A stretch of 64,000 bases of DNA from Raja brachyura (lineage: Eukaryota), in NCBI GenBank assembly GCA_963514005.1, contig OY740790.1, positions 56,048,001 to 56,112,000 of the forward strand, given 5' to 3'. A model generated the notes under the pieces. It made no database searches and had not been told where the DNA came from. It saw nothing but the letters and a program-made list of their open reading frames with translations. Below are positions 50,145-62,680 of the stretch, piece by piece. Numbering within the stretch: the first letter of the stretch is position 1; each line of letters begins with the position of its first letter. Made by a program: the position numbers and the translations under genes.

Positions 50145-51491
50145 CAAAGATTATAGAGGAGCAAGATGCGCCACTCAGTGGAAATCCAATGGACTGGTGT
50201 GTAGTACGTAACGGAACGTCACGGCCGCCATTTTGGCGGACTGCCTCCCCATGTGTAATCCGCTCCAACGCTACAGAGCAGTTGCAAGCAAAGATTACAA
50301 AGATTATAGAGGAGCAAGATGCATTAGAAAGTTATTAGATTTATTTGTAATAGATCTTTACTTACCTCTCGATCCCTCTCTCTCCCCCTCTCGATCCCTC
50401 TTTCTCTCGATCTTTCTCTCCCTCTCTTTCGATCTCCCTCTCTTCTCTCTCTCCCCTCGATCCCTCTCTCCTCTATCTTCTCTCGATCTCCCTCCCTACC
50501 CTCCCCTCTCCCCCTCCTTCCCTCTCCCCCTCCTTCCCTCTCTCTCTCCCCCTCCCTTTTCCCCCTGTTCCCCCATTTCCCTCGCATCTTTCCTCCCCAG
50601 CCCCTCCTTTGAGTAGTTTACCTTGCATTGTACAGCTTCCCTTGTATTGCTTTAACACACACTGTGCACAGAATTACAGGCACACACAAACACACATTCA
50701 TATAAATATATGGTGGGACAGATAGAAGCAAATCTTTGGATAGAAGAGCTTATTAAAATCTTCCTACGAAGACCATTATGTAATTTATTTCTATCCTCTT
50801 TTGGGCCTAAGGCATAGCAGGGCTGCCAATGGGAGGGAGCAAGGGAGAGAGGGAAATCGAGAAGAGAGGGGAGAGAGATAGATCGAGAGCGGAGAGAAAG
50901 AGATCGAGAGGGGAGAGAAAGAGTTCGAGAGGGGAGAGAAAGAGTTCGAGAGGGGAGAGAAAGAGATCGAGAGGGGAGAGAAAGAGTTCGAGAGGGGAGA
51001 GAAAGAGTTCGAGAGGGGAGAGAAAGAGTTTGAGGGGGAGAGAAAGAGTTCGAGAGGGGAGAGAAAGAGTTCGAGAGGGGAGAGAAAGAGTTCGAGAGGG
51101 GAGAGAAAGAGTTCGAGGGGGAGAGAAAGAGTTCGACAGGGGAGAGAGAGCGATCGAGAGGGGAGAGAGAGCGATAGAAAGAAGAGAGGGTGAGCGAGAG
51201 AAGAGAGGGGATAGAGAGGGATCGAGAGGTAAGTAAAGATCTATTACAAATAAATCTAATAACTTTCTAATGCATCTTGCTCCTCTATAATCTTTGCTTG
51301 CAACTGCTCTGTAGCTTTGGAGCGGATTACTGAGCGGGAGATCGAGAGACAAAGATCATAGAGAAGCTCAGTTTCCCAGCAGACGCCATAGTCGACGCCA
51401 TCTCTGGTCCGCTAATATGGCGTCGACAATCACACACGTGATACTACGCCTTTTCCACTTAGTGGCGCATCTTGCTCCTCTATAATCTTTG
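50145..51491. mobile_element. Non-autonomous P-element-like foldback transposon
   Basis: 40-bp TIR CAAAGATTATAGAGGAGCAAGATGCGCCACTCAGTGGAAA (39/40 match). Perfect 8-bp TSD GTCGTGAG (50137-50144, 51492-51499). CAWRG terminus. Superfamily is inferred. Confidence 0.8.
50880..51140 (+). repeat. 21-bp minisatellite (AGTTCGAGAGGGGAGAGAAAG)n inside the P-like element
   Basis: About 12 near-identical tandem units are visible. Confidence 0.9.
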
Positions 51492-53621
51492 GTCGTGAGT
51501 AGTCTCCTCAGTCACCCAAAGAATCGTAGCGTCTTTCTGGTTGCCGCTGAATTTTCAACATGTTAAAAAAAATTCTGAGACAGTCAGCGACAGTGGATTT
51601 GAGCGTAGCTTGACTTCTCCTGATGTAGGTGCTGTCGTAGTTGTCGCCTGGTGACTTAGGTTGTCGTTGGTGCTGACTTCAGTTTTTTTTTGTTGTTAAA
51701 GTAATGATTCTATTTCAAATTTTATGTCGAAAGGGGGTCCAGTCGTTGGTTTTTCGGTGACCTGCTACTAAGACAGTCGCCTAAAAATAGCTTAAGTGGG
51801 ACAGGCCCATGAAGCTGATAGGGTGATGCGTAGCATTATCTGATTTGATTGGAAAAAAGAGTACGGTGCAATTATACTTTAAAGCCGAGGTAGAATTAAG
51901 AGTAAGAGTACATGGCCGTACCTTCAGGAGAGGTTGTGAAAGAGGTGATTTGTTCAGGAATCTGATATTCATGAGGGGTTAGCCTTTCTTATGTCTGGAT
52001 GACCAGAAGATCATGTATCTTCTTCCAGAAGGTAGAAGAGAAAAAAAGGAATGGGCCAGGGTGGCAGGCATTCTTGATGATATTTCGAACCTTTGCTTAT
52101 AGAACACTTCCCGCCCCTCCCACCTCCTACACCACTCCCAACATTAATGCTATCACTTACAGGCATAAAATCAGAGGGTCATGCAACATGGAAACTGGGC
52201 CTTTGGCGCAACTCATCCATACCAACCAAGATGCTCCATCTAAGTTAGTCCCAATTACCCGCAATTTTCCCACATCCCTCTAAACCTTTCCGATCCATGT
52301 ACTGTATCTGTCCTTGGAAATGTCTTTTAAATACTTTATTATGCCTGCCTCAACTACTTCCTCTGGCAGGTCAATCCATACACTCACAATCCTCTGTGCT
52401 CCAAGGAGTAAAGTCCTAACCTGTTCAACCTCACCGTATAGTTCAGGCCCTTGAGTCCTGGCACCGTCCTAATAGCTCTTGTCTGAAACCTTCTCTGAAC
52501 ACTAATCTCATTGTTTTGAGATATTGTCCTTTAAATTAGAACTTCACGGCCTATATATTTATCTTCTATTGTGTTCATCCACTGTATGAAAATCCCTCAG
52601 TAAATCTTAGGAGTTTATAGTGGACAATATCTGTTATTGCAGCTAATATTGAGTTTTACCCGAATTTTCAGTTTATCGTGTCCGATATTTTTTTGGGTAT
52701 CCAATTTTGCTTATTCATCTTTGGGACCAGCCAAAAATATTACTCAGTTGGAGGAGGACTTTAGAAAAAGACGTGAAAATGGATATTAGCTCAGTAAATG
52801 TGGATGGGAAGGTAAGCATACTTCATTCCATCATTTTGAAAACAATTAATATTTTAAGGAACTATATTCCCTTATGCATTATGTAGGCAGATTCTTCTTC
52901 AATGCTATTTAATTGACTTAAGGATCATAGAACATCGAACATTGAACAGTACAGCAGAGGAACAGGCCCTTAGGCTCTCAATATCTGCGCCGAACATGAC
53001 GCTTACTTAAACAAATCTTTCTGCCTGCACCTACTCTCTTAACCCTCCATTCCTTGCATTTTCATATGTTCATGTAAAAGCCTTTTAATTGCCACTATGA
53101 TATACACCTCCATCAACACACTTGGTGGTGCATTCCAGGCACCTACCACACTCTATACATTAAAAAAACTCTCCCGTACATCTCTTTTAATATTTCCCCC
53201 CTCTGACCTTATAGTTACATCTTCTAGTATTTAACATTTCCACCCAGGGGAAAAAAGGTTGTGATTGTCTATCCTATCTAACCTTTCCTTATAGCTAATG
53301 CCCTACTTGAGACAGCACCCTGGAATTCGTCTTGTAAAATAGTCATTTTGTCCTTCAGTTTACTTGCCACTATCTTATTAAGAACATCCATTTCAATCTT
53401 TCATCTATCAATATACCTTTTTCAGTTATCTATTAATTTGGATCACTGTTTCTTCCACTTTTAAAGTTTCTTCTTCATATCTACGTTTAATTGCTTTCCA
53501 TAGAAAATGGTACCCTCTTCTGTCTCCCTCCTCTGTTACTTGAATCTGGTTTGTTTTACTTTCCCATTTTTAGCCCTTTAATTCAAGTAGCCATGTTTTC
53601 AGGATGCCTTGGTCATCCTTT

Positions 53622-53945
53622 AGGGTGGCACAATGGCGGTGCTGGTATACCTGCTGCCCCATAACACCAGAGATTAGTGGTCTATCATAACCTTGGGTGC
53701 TGTCTGTGTGAAGCTTGCACGTTCTCCCTGTGAACATGCGGGTTTCCTCCGGGTGCCCCCCGGGTTCCCCCCACATCCCAAAGGCGTGCGGGCTTGTAGG
53801 TCAATGGACCTCTGAAAATTGCCCCTTGTGTTTAGGGAGGGGATGCGAGAGTGGGGGCAACACAGAAGCTGTACAAACAGGTGATGGACAGTTGATGAGG
53901 ACTTGGTGGGCCAAATGGTCTGTTTCCATTGCTGTATCCCCAAAC
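53622..53945 (+). mobile_element. HE1/V-SINE
   Basis: GGGTGGCACAATGGCG head, V core and tail. Confidence 0.8.
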
Positions 53946-55053
53946 ACGTCTTGGAGGAATTGGCATTTATTGAAATAGGTTTGAAGTGTGGTCATTGTTG
54001 AAGTGTGGTCACGATCCCTATTTGCAACTAACCTACAAAGACCATAAGCGATAGGAAGATAGGTAGACCATGCTTCCATATTCTGTAAGGTCATGGCTGA
54101 TCTGATCTTGTTCTCCCTTATTGAGACCTTGTCTTCTTTTCTGTTCTCCAGAAACCTAGAGGCCAAAAAACAACCTTTCTCAGCCTTGAACACAGTCAAT
54201 AAGTTACTCCAGCACTTTATATCTATCTTTGGTATATACCAGGATCTGCAGTTCCTTTCTACACAATGTGAAGGAAGGAACTGTAGATGCTGGTTTGCAC
54301 CAAAGATAGACACAAAACTGTCGGGTACTGATTGGGGATGATCAGCCATGATCACATTAAATTGTGGTGCTGGCTCGAAGGGCCCAATGGCCTACTCCTG
54401 CACCTATTGTCTATTGTGTATTGTCGAAAATGCTGGAGTAACTCTGCGGGACAGGCAGCATTCTGGATAAAGGAATGGGTGACGTTTTGGGCCGAGACCC
54501 CTCTTCAGACTCTTTTGGGCCAAAACCCTTCTCCGGAGAAGGGTCTCGACTAGAAACCTCATCCATTCTTTCTATCCAGAGATGCTGCCTGTCCCGCTGA
54601 ATTACTCTAGCATTTTCCTGTTGATTTACTCCAGCATCTTCCTTTCTACACAAACCATGTTTAGTTAGTGGCCAATTCATTTTACTATCGTTAGCATATG
54701 GGAAAAAAGAAAGTAGAATTTGAAATACAAAGACATTCTTGGCAGCATCTCCTTATTGCCCCTGTACTATTCTTTATTCAGCAATAGAATAGGCCTGGAA
54801 ATAAAAGGTTACATTTCATGGGTCTGATTTAATATGCACGGCAGAAGTAGCTCAGGGCAAACAAAATCAATCTTCTGGTTGATCTTCCCTTTTCTCTGTG
54901 GGCCGTCTGGAGATTCACTGATGTAATAGCTCAGGGAAGAAACTGCAAAACCCACCCTTTGGGATAAGTAAATATCCAACTGCAGCTATGAGTGGAAGTC
55001 CTGATTGAAAGTTATGCTCTAGTACACTGTCATCAGTATATTTTATTGTACTC

Positions 55054-56326
55054 AGGGAGGTACAGTGGTGCAGCGGTAGAGTTGCTGCCTTATTGCGCCG
55101 GAATGACCTGGGTTCGATCCTGACTGCTGGGTGCACATAAGATCATAAATTCTAGGAGCAGAATGAGGCCACTCGGCCCATCAAGCCTACTCCGCCATTC
55201 AATCATGGTTGATCTACTTTCCTTCTCAAACCCATTTTCCTGCCTTCGCCCCATAAACCCTGACACCCTTACTAATCAAGAATCTGTCAATCTCCATCTT
55301 AAAAATATTAAGGGGCCTGTTGCACTTAAGCGATTTTTCAGCGGACTGCCGGCGAGTGTCAAGAGTGGAACACACACAAACACATCGCAAAAGTTGGGGC
55401 CAGGGAAAGCGGGGGGGTGCAGTCTGAAATTCACACGATCCAAAGCCATGGTGATACAGACACACACCGCGAGAAACAGGAAGGTTAAAACGGCTAGCAC
55501 AGTGTACGGTAAGTCCTTTAAAAGGGCGAGGAGGGGGGGGAGAAGGGGGGGGGGGGGTGGGGAGAATGGGGAAGAAGGAGTGTAGACACTTTTAAGAAGC
55601 CAGGCAACTTTTAATAAGCCAGAGATACACAGCTGTGAAGATTGGCGGGCATTTAACATTACTGGTCGGTTTTCCTTGGTTCTGAAAACTTGTGCTTACG
55701 TTTTTTTTCCCCCCAATGAGCCAGTGAAAATGCCCGGTCAGCAAAGGAGATTAACTAAAACTACCTACAACTACCTCGACTACCTACAACTACATGGCGA
55801 CCCCACTACAACTGCACCTACGACTACAAAAGTATCAATTTTCTCCATGGCGAAAATGTTTCAACATTTTGAAAAATTTGCTGCGACCATACTGAGGCCG
55901 CGACTAGTCCCCATGTGAGAACTCCTCGCGACCATGAAGGAGATTCACCAGAGACCACCAGAGTCTCCTGCACTCGCCTAAAAAGTTGACTAAGTGGGAC
56001 AGGCCCTTAATTGACTTGCCTCCACTGAATTCCACAGATTCACCATCCTCTGACTAAATACATTATTTCTCATCTTCTTTCTCTACTGCTATCTGTATGG
56101 AGCTTGTACGGTCTCCCTGTGACTGTGTGGGTTTTCTCCAGGTGCTCCGGTTTCCTCCCACATTCCAAAGAGGTGCAGGGTTGTAGGTTAACTGGCTTCT
56201 GTAAGTTATGCCTAATGTGCAGGATAGAACTAGTGTATAGGTGATCGCTGGTCGGCGCAGATTTGACGGGCCGAATGGCCTGCTTCCAGGCTGTATCTCT
56301 AAACTCTGAACTAAACTAAAACTAAA
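55054..56326 (+). mobile_element. HE1/V-SINE split by a minus-strand CR1 3' end (about 55136-56083), itself split by a MITE
   Basis: SINE head at 55054-55135. Core and tail resume at about 56085. Confidence 0.85.
55312..56007. mobile_element. PIF/Harbinger-type MITE
   Basis: GGGGCCTGTTGCACTTA...TAAGTGGGACAGGCCCT ends with a TAA TSD. Confidence 0.85.
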
Positions 56327-57936
56327 TAATCAAAATTGATCATCAAGGCATATGCTCAGGTTGGAGACACAAGGACTGCAGATGCTGGAATCTTGAGCAA
56401 AATACAAAATGCTGGAGAAATTCAACAGATTAGGCAGCATCTGCGGAGGGAATGGTGAGTTGACGTTTTTGGTTGGGCCTTCATTCTGCAGTCCCTGTTC
56501 AGCCCGAATATTGGTCTCAACCCAAAACATCGCTTGCCCATTCCCTCCACAGATGCTGTCTGACCCATGGTTTTACTCCAGCACTATGTATTTTGGTTGG
56601 TTGGAAAAAATAGCAGTAACCTTGTTGTAGTCTCATTTGTTTAAAAGTGAACAGAGAGACGTACAAAACAATCTAAAAACACTAACCTGCCAGTACTTTG
56701 CTGGAGTGATCGCCTACACAGATTTATGGAACATGACTCTGATGTCATGGGCCTTAAAAAAGGGAACTGCTTGAAATATTTAATGATGGTTAAAATGCTC
56801 CATGAAAGTGGAAGAGTGACTAATTTCTGTTGCTCTATTGTCAGGAGCTCAGAGGGAGAGAGGGAAGGGGAGAGGGGGAGAGAGGGAGAGAGAGAGGGAG
56901 GGAGAGAGGGAGCGGGAGAGGGAGGGCAAGGGAGATGGGTGGCACCAGATTGAGACCGTGCTTCAGAGTAATGGAGTAGAAGCGAGAAAGCTGATAAAGA
57001 GAGGGAGGTGCGGGGCAAAACCTGGCAAGTGATAGGTGGACACAGGTGAGGATGGGGGATTGGCACAAGGGTGGAGATTATGATATGATACAATACGATA
57101 GAACTTAGGACAGGAGGGAAATTTAATGTATCCCAGGAGGGAATGAGAGGTGAAAAGGAGACAAAGGGATGGCAAATAAGGAAGGGAGGGGGGAGGAAAT
57201 GAAAAGCCGCAGGGAAGGACATTGAGGTGGAAGGGAGCATAGAGGGAAGGATAACAGGAAAAAAATAGTGGACTCAGTGTAGGGAGGTTTGGGGAATAGC
57301 CAGAAACAGATGGGCACAGGGTGATAGGGGGTGGTGGGAAAGGGGTGTGTGCATGGGATGAGGAGGAATGAAAATTGGGGTTGGTGTTCTCATTGAAATT
57401 GAAGAATTCATTTCATGCCATTGGATCACAGGCTACCCATGCAGAATGTAAGTTGCTGTTCTTCCAGGTTGCACGTGGCTTCACTCTGGGAAGGGGAGTT
57501 ATTCCACTTGGGCAGCCTACCACTCAATGCATGAACAATGTCAAGTAAATCCACGACGGTGTCAAGTAAGTCCCCACCAACCCCCCCCCCCCCCCCTTCA
57601 TGTCCCTCCTTGTCTTGTTATCCCCCCCCTGTGCACACATTTCTATTTTATCATTGTCAAACTGTTCCTCCCTCCTCCTTTCACTCATCTCCGAGCCCAT
57701 TTTTCTTTTATTCACACCTCTTGCCCTTCCCCTCCGTCTCCTTCTACCCTCTGGGTTTACATTTCACTCCTCATTCCTTCCTCATCTGACACCTTTAAAT
57801 CTCCGTTTCCCCTTAAGGCTTTGTTACTATCTCCACCCATCTGCGAAACACTCCTCCTCCTCATCTGCATCTATTAATTGCTTGCCAGGTGTTATCCCAC
57901 CCCTATCTCTCTCTACCAACTTTCTCCCCTCTATCT

Positions 57937-58245
57937 GGCACTGTGGCACAACTGGTAGAGCTGCTGCCTCATAGTGCCAGAGATGCCGGTTCGATCCTGA
58001 CTGCGGGGTTTCCATGTGGACTATCTCCTTGTGACTGCATGGGTTTCCTCTGGGTGCTCCGGTTTCCTCCCACATCCCAAAGACGTGCAGGTTTGCAGGT
58101 TCATTGGCCTATGTAAATTACACGTAGGGTGGAGAGACTGGTTGTGAAAGTGGGATAACATGGAAACTAGTGTGAATCGGTCATCAATGATCTGCATTGA
58201 CTCGGTGGGCCAAAGGGCTTATTTCCATGCTGTATCTTTACACTT
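57937..58245 (+). mobile_element. HE1/V-SINE
   Basis: Head, V core (GGGTGCTCCGGTTTCCTCCCACATCCCAAAGACGTGC) and tail. Confidence 0.85.
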
Positions 58246-58304
58246 GACTCCATCTCTGAAGAAGGTTCCCCAAGCGAAATATGAGATGCTGTTTACCTTC
58301 ACTC

Positions 58305-59142
58305 CTCCTATGGAGGAGACCGAGGACAGAAAGGTCTGTGTATTAAAGTGTCCAGCAACCGGAAGATCAGGTTGGTATAACGCAGGCTGAGCGAAAATGT
58401 TCCGTGAACCGATCGTCCAGTCTGCGTTTGGTCTCGCCGACATGTAAGAGTCCACATTTTGAACAATGGATACAGTAGATGAGGTTGGAGGAGGTGCAAG
58501 TAAACCTCAAACTAACATAAAAGGGACTCTCGCGGTCCCTGGACAGTCGAGGGAGGAGGTATAGCGACAGGTGTTGCATCTTCTGTGGTTTCAGGGAAAG
58601 GTTTGGGTGGGAAGGGATGAGTTAACAAGGGAGTTGCTGAGGGAATGGTCTCTGTGGAAGGTGGAAAGGGGTGGAGATGGGAAAATGTGGCTAATGGTGG
58701 GATCCCGTTGGAGGTGGTGGAAATTTGGGAGGATTAGGTGTTGTATGCGATGGCTGATGGGGTGGAAGGTAAGGACTAGGGGGGGTCTGTCTCTGTTGCG
58801 ACTATGGGGAGGGGGAGAAAGGGCAGAGCTGCGGGGTACCGAGGAGGCACGAGTGAGGGCCTCATCTATGATGGGAGAGGGGAACTCCTGTTCCCTAAAG
58901 AATGAGGACATCTCATTCTCATACTAGATGTTCTAGTATGGAACACCTCATCTTGGGCACAGATGCAACGTAGATAGAGGAATTGGGAGTTGGGAATAGA
59001 GTCTTTGCAGGAAACAGGGTGTGAAGAAGTGTAGTGGAGGTAGTGGAACTTGTGGGAGTCAGTTGGTTTATAACAGTCAATAGTCTATTTCTTATCATGG
59101 AGAATGCGAGATCAAGAAAGGGGAAGGAGGTGTCAGAGATGG
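58305..59142 (-). mobile_element. Penelope-like retroelement, RT C-terminal/linker and GIY-YIG endonuclease remnant
   Basis: MSSFFREQEFP...PLVLTFHP...IFPSPPL...RDHSLSNSLV and RFTCTSSNLIYCIHCSKCGLLHVGETKRRLDDRFTEH (GIY-YIG signature). Confidence 0.92.
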
Positions 59143-60084
59143 TAACGATTGAATGGTGGAGTATTGATGGGCCAAATGGCCATATCTGCTCCTTTCACAT
59201 GTGTTATGAACCATTATGTAGTAAGTCAGCTAAAGATAATTTGTTCTATATTATGAAAAATGAAGCAAATGAAGCAAAGATTTCTTCCACTTGATGCCTT
59301 TTACCATAGGAACAAGCAACCAGGAGTGCCTCAATAAAACATAAAGTTATAAGATTAGATCTAAGTGATGAGGTTGTGTGAAAAGGAGTTTATACTGTAT
59401 GATTTATCGGGCCATGGACTTGACCTGAGACCAGGGTCTTGACCAGAAATGTTTTCCTCCCACAGAGGCTACTTGACCCACTGAGTTCCTTCAGCATTTT
59501 GTTTTATGCAACACTTTATGTTTTCATACCTGTTCCCAGTTATCATCAGAAAGGAAAATCAATAATAGCTGAAAAACAACTTCGCGAGAAAACTGTCCGT
59601 TCATCTGCTCCATCGGCCTTGAATTGAATTGTAGTGTAACATTTTACTAGGAATTGGCAACAGTGATGGGTATTCTTTATGAAGCTAGAGAGCCTTTTCT
59701 CTGTGTTGGGCCATTGCATATTTCAATCCCTTTGAGAGAACAACAACACATGCTGGAAATGTGCAGTACATCAGCAAGCATCTGCAGAAGAATACAGGTT
59801 ATTAACCTTAATCAATCTCTTCATCTCAGATAATCCAATTTATGCAGTTAATTAAAACATGTGCATTCACATTGAGAATAGACTATGTTAAATTGGACAA
59901 AATAAATCACAATTGAGGTGAAATGGTACAAAAGCAAAATAATGTGGGTACTACCATTTTTTAATTTGAATGCAACAAGTCAATAGGCTCGGCGACTCTT
60001 CTGAGGAGAGAAATATTTCTGACATTTTGTAAATGTTTTAGAAAATTGAGAAAAAGTTGGTGATGAAAGATGGGATGAAGTACC

Positions 60085-60446
60085 TGATTGAAGAGTGCAA
60101 AGGCATATGAAATTACAAGAGGCATAGATGGCAGACAGTCAAAGTCTTTTTTCTCAGTGTGGAAATATCAAATAGAGGGCATAGCTTTAAGGTGAGAGGG
60201 ACAAAGTTTAAAGGAGATGCCTAGGGCAAGATATTTACACACAGTGGTGGGTGCCTGGAATGGACTGCCAGAGGGGATGGAGGAGGCAGATACAATTATG
60301 GCATTTAAGACGCTTTCAGCTAGGCAGATAGATATGCAAGGAATGGAGGGGTGTGGATCGCGTGCAGACAGAGGAGGCTTTATGTTTGGCACGGGCATAA
60401 TGTGCCGAAGGGCCTGTCATCTGCTGTATTGTTCGATATTCTATGT
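60085..60446 (+). mobile_element. CR1 3' fragment
   Basis: VVGAWNGLPE...EADTIMAFK and GCCGAAGGGCCTG 3'UTR. Confidence 0.8.
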
Positions 60447-60679
60447 AAGGAACAATAGGGAAGTTGTGATTGCCTGCAAGACAGGTGTAATTAAATGCAA
60501 AAAGAGATGACTGTGCAAGGCAAAATAAGGTGTTAATGGAACCAGTAAAGGACCAGGAAGATAAGAACAATTCCTTGAGTTAATGTTCCTCTGTTCAGTC
60601 TGCAACCACGTCCCAAAGCTTACATGCACGTCGCATTAATTGTTCAATTTAATTATCAGTTTAATTATTCAAAATCAGA

Positions 60680-61200
60680 AACACAGAAGTGCAGCCCAGT
60701 TAACTTAACATCTGTCACTTGAGGAATTTTAGAATCATTTCCCACAGATGTTGCAACAAGACATTTTGAATTTTTTAAGGGAATCGGGCAGAGTTAAAAT
60801 GATGTTATGAAGGAGAAATTGTGTTTGACCAATTTACTGGAGTTCTTTGAATAAGTAATATGCAGTGGATAAGGGGGGTCTGATGTATGTATTTCTGCAG
60901 AAAAATACCAGAAGGCATTTGATAAGGCGCCACATCCAAATTATTGTGGTAAATGAAAATGACCAATGAACAGTGTAGGAGGTATCATTGGCTCTGGGGA
61001 GAATATTGGCTGGTTAAAAGGAAACAGTGAGTAGGCACAATGAGCTTTTTCTGGTTGGCACGATGTAATGGTTGGTGTGCCCCAGGGATCAATGCTTTTT
61101 ACCATTTATCTCAGCTTTTTACCATTTATATAAACGACGTGGATGAAGTTTGCAAGAAGTGCGAATGCCACAAAGATTAGTAAGAAAGTATTCAAAAAAA
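60680..61200 (+). mobile_element. Old CR1 RT remnant
   Basis: CLTNLLEFFE, KAFDK.PH, GVPQGS and IYIND.D motifs are readable. Confidence 0.8.
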
Positions 61201-61213
61201 TGACATAAGGAGC

Positions 61214-61680
61214 CTACCAATAGATTTCCCCATGGCTATCTGGACTACACTTCTTCCAACCCTGCTTCCTCCGTCTACGCCGCATCTGCACCCAGGATGA
61301 GGTGTTCCAAACCAGGGCATCAGAGATGTCCTCATTCATTAGGGAATGGGGGTTCCCCTCTTCAACTACAGATGAGGCCCTCACCAGGGTCTCCTCTATA
61401 TCCTGTAGCTCCACTCTCATTCCCCATCCCCCCCACTCGTAACAAAGGCAGAGTCCCCCTTGTCCTCATCTTCCACTGCACCAGCCGTCACATACAACAG
61501 ATAACCCTCCAAAATTTTTGCCACCTCCAACATGATCCCATCACTGGCCACATCTTCCCATCTCCTCCCCTTTCGGCTTTCTGCAGAGACCGCTCCCTCC
61601 GTAACTCCCTGGTCAATTTGCCCTTCCCACTTAAACCACCCCCTCCCCTGGCACTTTCCCTTAAAACCACAGGTAATGCT
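61214..61680 (+). mobile_element. Penelope-like ORF remnant
   Basis: LRLRRICTQDE.F, RVPLVLIFH and IFPSPPLSAFCRDRSLRNSLV. Confidence 0.88.
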
Positions 61681-61694
61681 ACACTTGTCGCTTT

Positions 61695-62172
61695 ACAACT
61701 GGCCTCCACTGCCCTCTGAGGCAGAGAGTTCCACAGACTCACAACTCTCTGTGTGAAAAAATGTTTCCTCATCACCATTCTAAATGGCTTGGCCCTTATT
61801 CTTAAACGGAGGTCCCTAGTTCTGGACTCCCCCAACATTGGGCCCTTGTTTCCTGCCTCTAGTGTGTCCAAAACCTTAATAATCTTATATGTTTCAATAA
61901 GATCCCCTCTCATCCTTCTAAACTCCAGAGTGTACAAGCCCAGCTGCTCCATTCTCTCAACATATGACAGTCCCGCCACCCCGGGAATTTACGTTGTGAA
62001 CCATGCTGCAGTCACTCTCCAACACCAACATGTCCTTCCTCAGATATGGGGCCCAAAACTGCTCACAATACAGTCTGTATTGCAGTCTATAAATGCAGTC
62101 TGACCAGTGCCTTATAAAGCCTTTGCATCCCATTCCTGTTTTATACACTAGTCCTCTTGAAATAAATGCTCT
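61695..62172 (-). mobile_element. CR1 ORF2 3' fragment
   Basis: GLSYVERMEQLGLYTLEFRRMRGDLIETYKII...RVVSLWNSLPQ. Confidence 0.9.
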
Positions 62173-62269
62173 AAGCACTTCTTGATGGGGGATGTCAAGG
62201 CTACTGGATGGTAGTCGTTAAGGCACAAGATCTTGTTTTTCTTTGGCATTGGGATTACATTGGAAGCAG

Positions 62270-62680
62270 TTCAGATTTACTGGACTGATACCTGGGATGG
62301 GCAGATTCTCCTGTGTTGAAAAGCTGGATAGGATAGGCTTGAATGGAGTTTAGGAGAATAAGAGGTGATGTGATTGACAAGATCTTGAGGTAGAAGTGGA
62401 GAAGATATTTCCTGTTATGGAACCTGGAACAAAGGTTCTCAGATATAAAAATAGAGGTACATCTATGTAAAACAAGGTTGAGACAGTATTTTTGTCTCAG
62501 AGGGTCAAGAGTCTTTGGAGCTTTCTTCCTCAAAGGACTGTGGAAAGATAAATATTTTAAGATGCAGATTTAAATAGATTTTTGATTAGAAGCAACATCA
62601 CAATCAGATCAGCCATGGATGGTAAAACTCCTAGAGGGTCTGAGTGGCCTATTCTTGATCCTAATTTGTTTGTTCCCATG
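62270..62680 (+). mobile_element. Diverged CR1 3' fragment
   Basis: TCAGATTTACTGGACTGATACCTGGGATG and GGAGAATAAGAGGTGAT motifs. Confidence 0.7.

Larger units (their letters stand above)
50048..51809. mobile_element. PIF/Harbinger-type MITE carrying a nested element
   Basis: TIR TGGGCCTGTCCCACTTA / TAAGTGGGACAGGCCCA. Flanks TAA / TGA. Sits in a minus-strand CR1 3' remnant. Confidence 0.85.

Noticed and set aside
50807-51352. Repetitive ORFs on both strands, or a CRISPR-like array
   Set aside because: Translation of a 21-bp minisatellite. There are no unique spacers and the context is eukaryotic.
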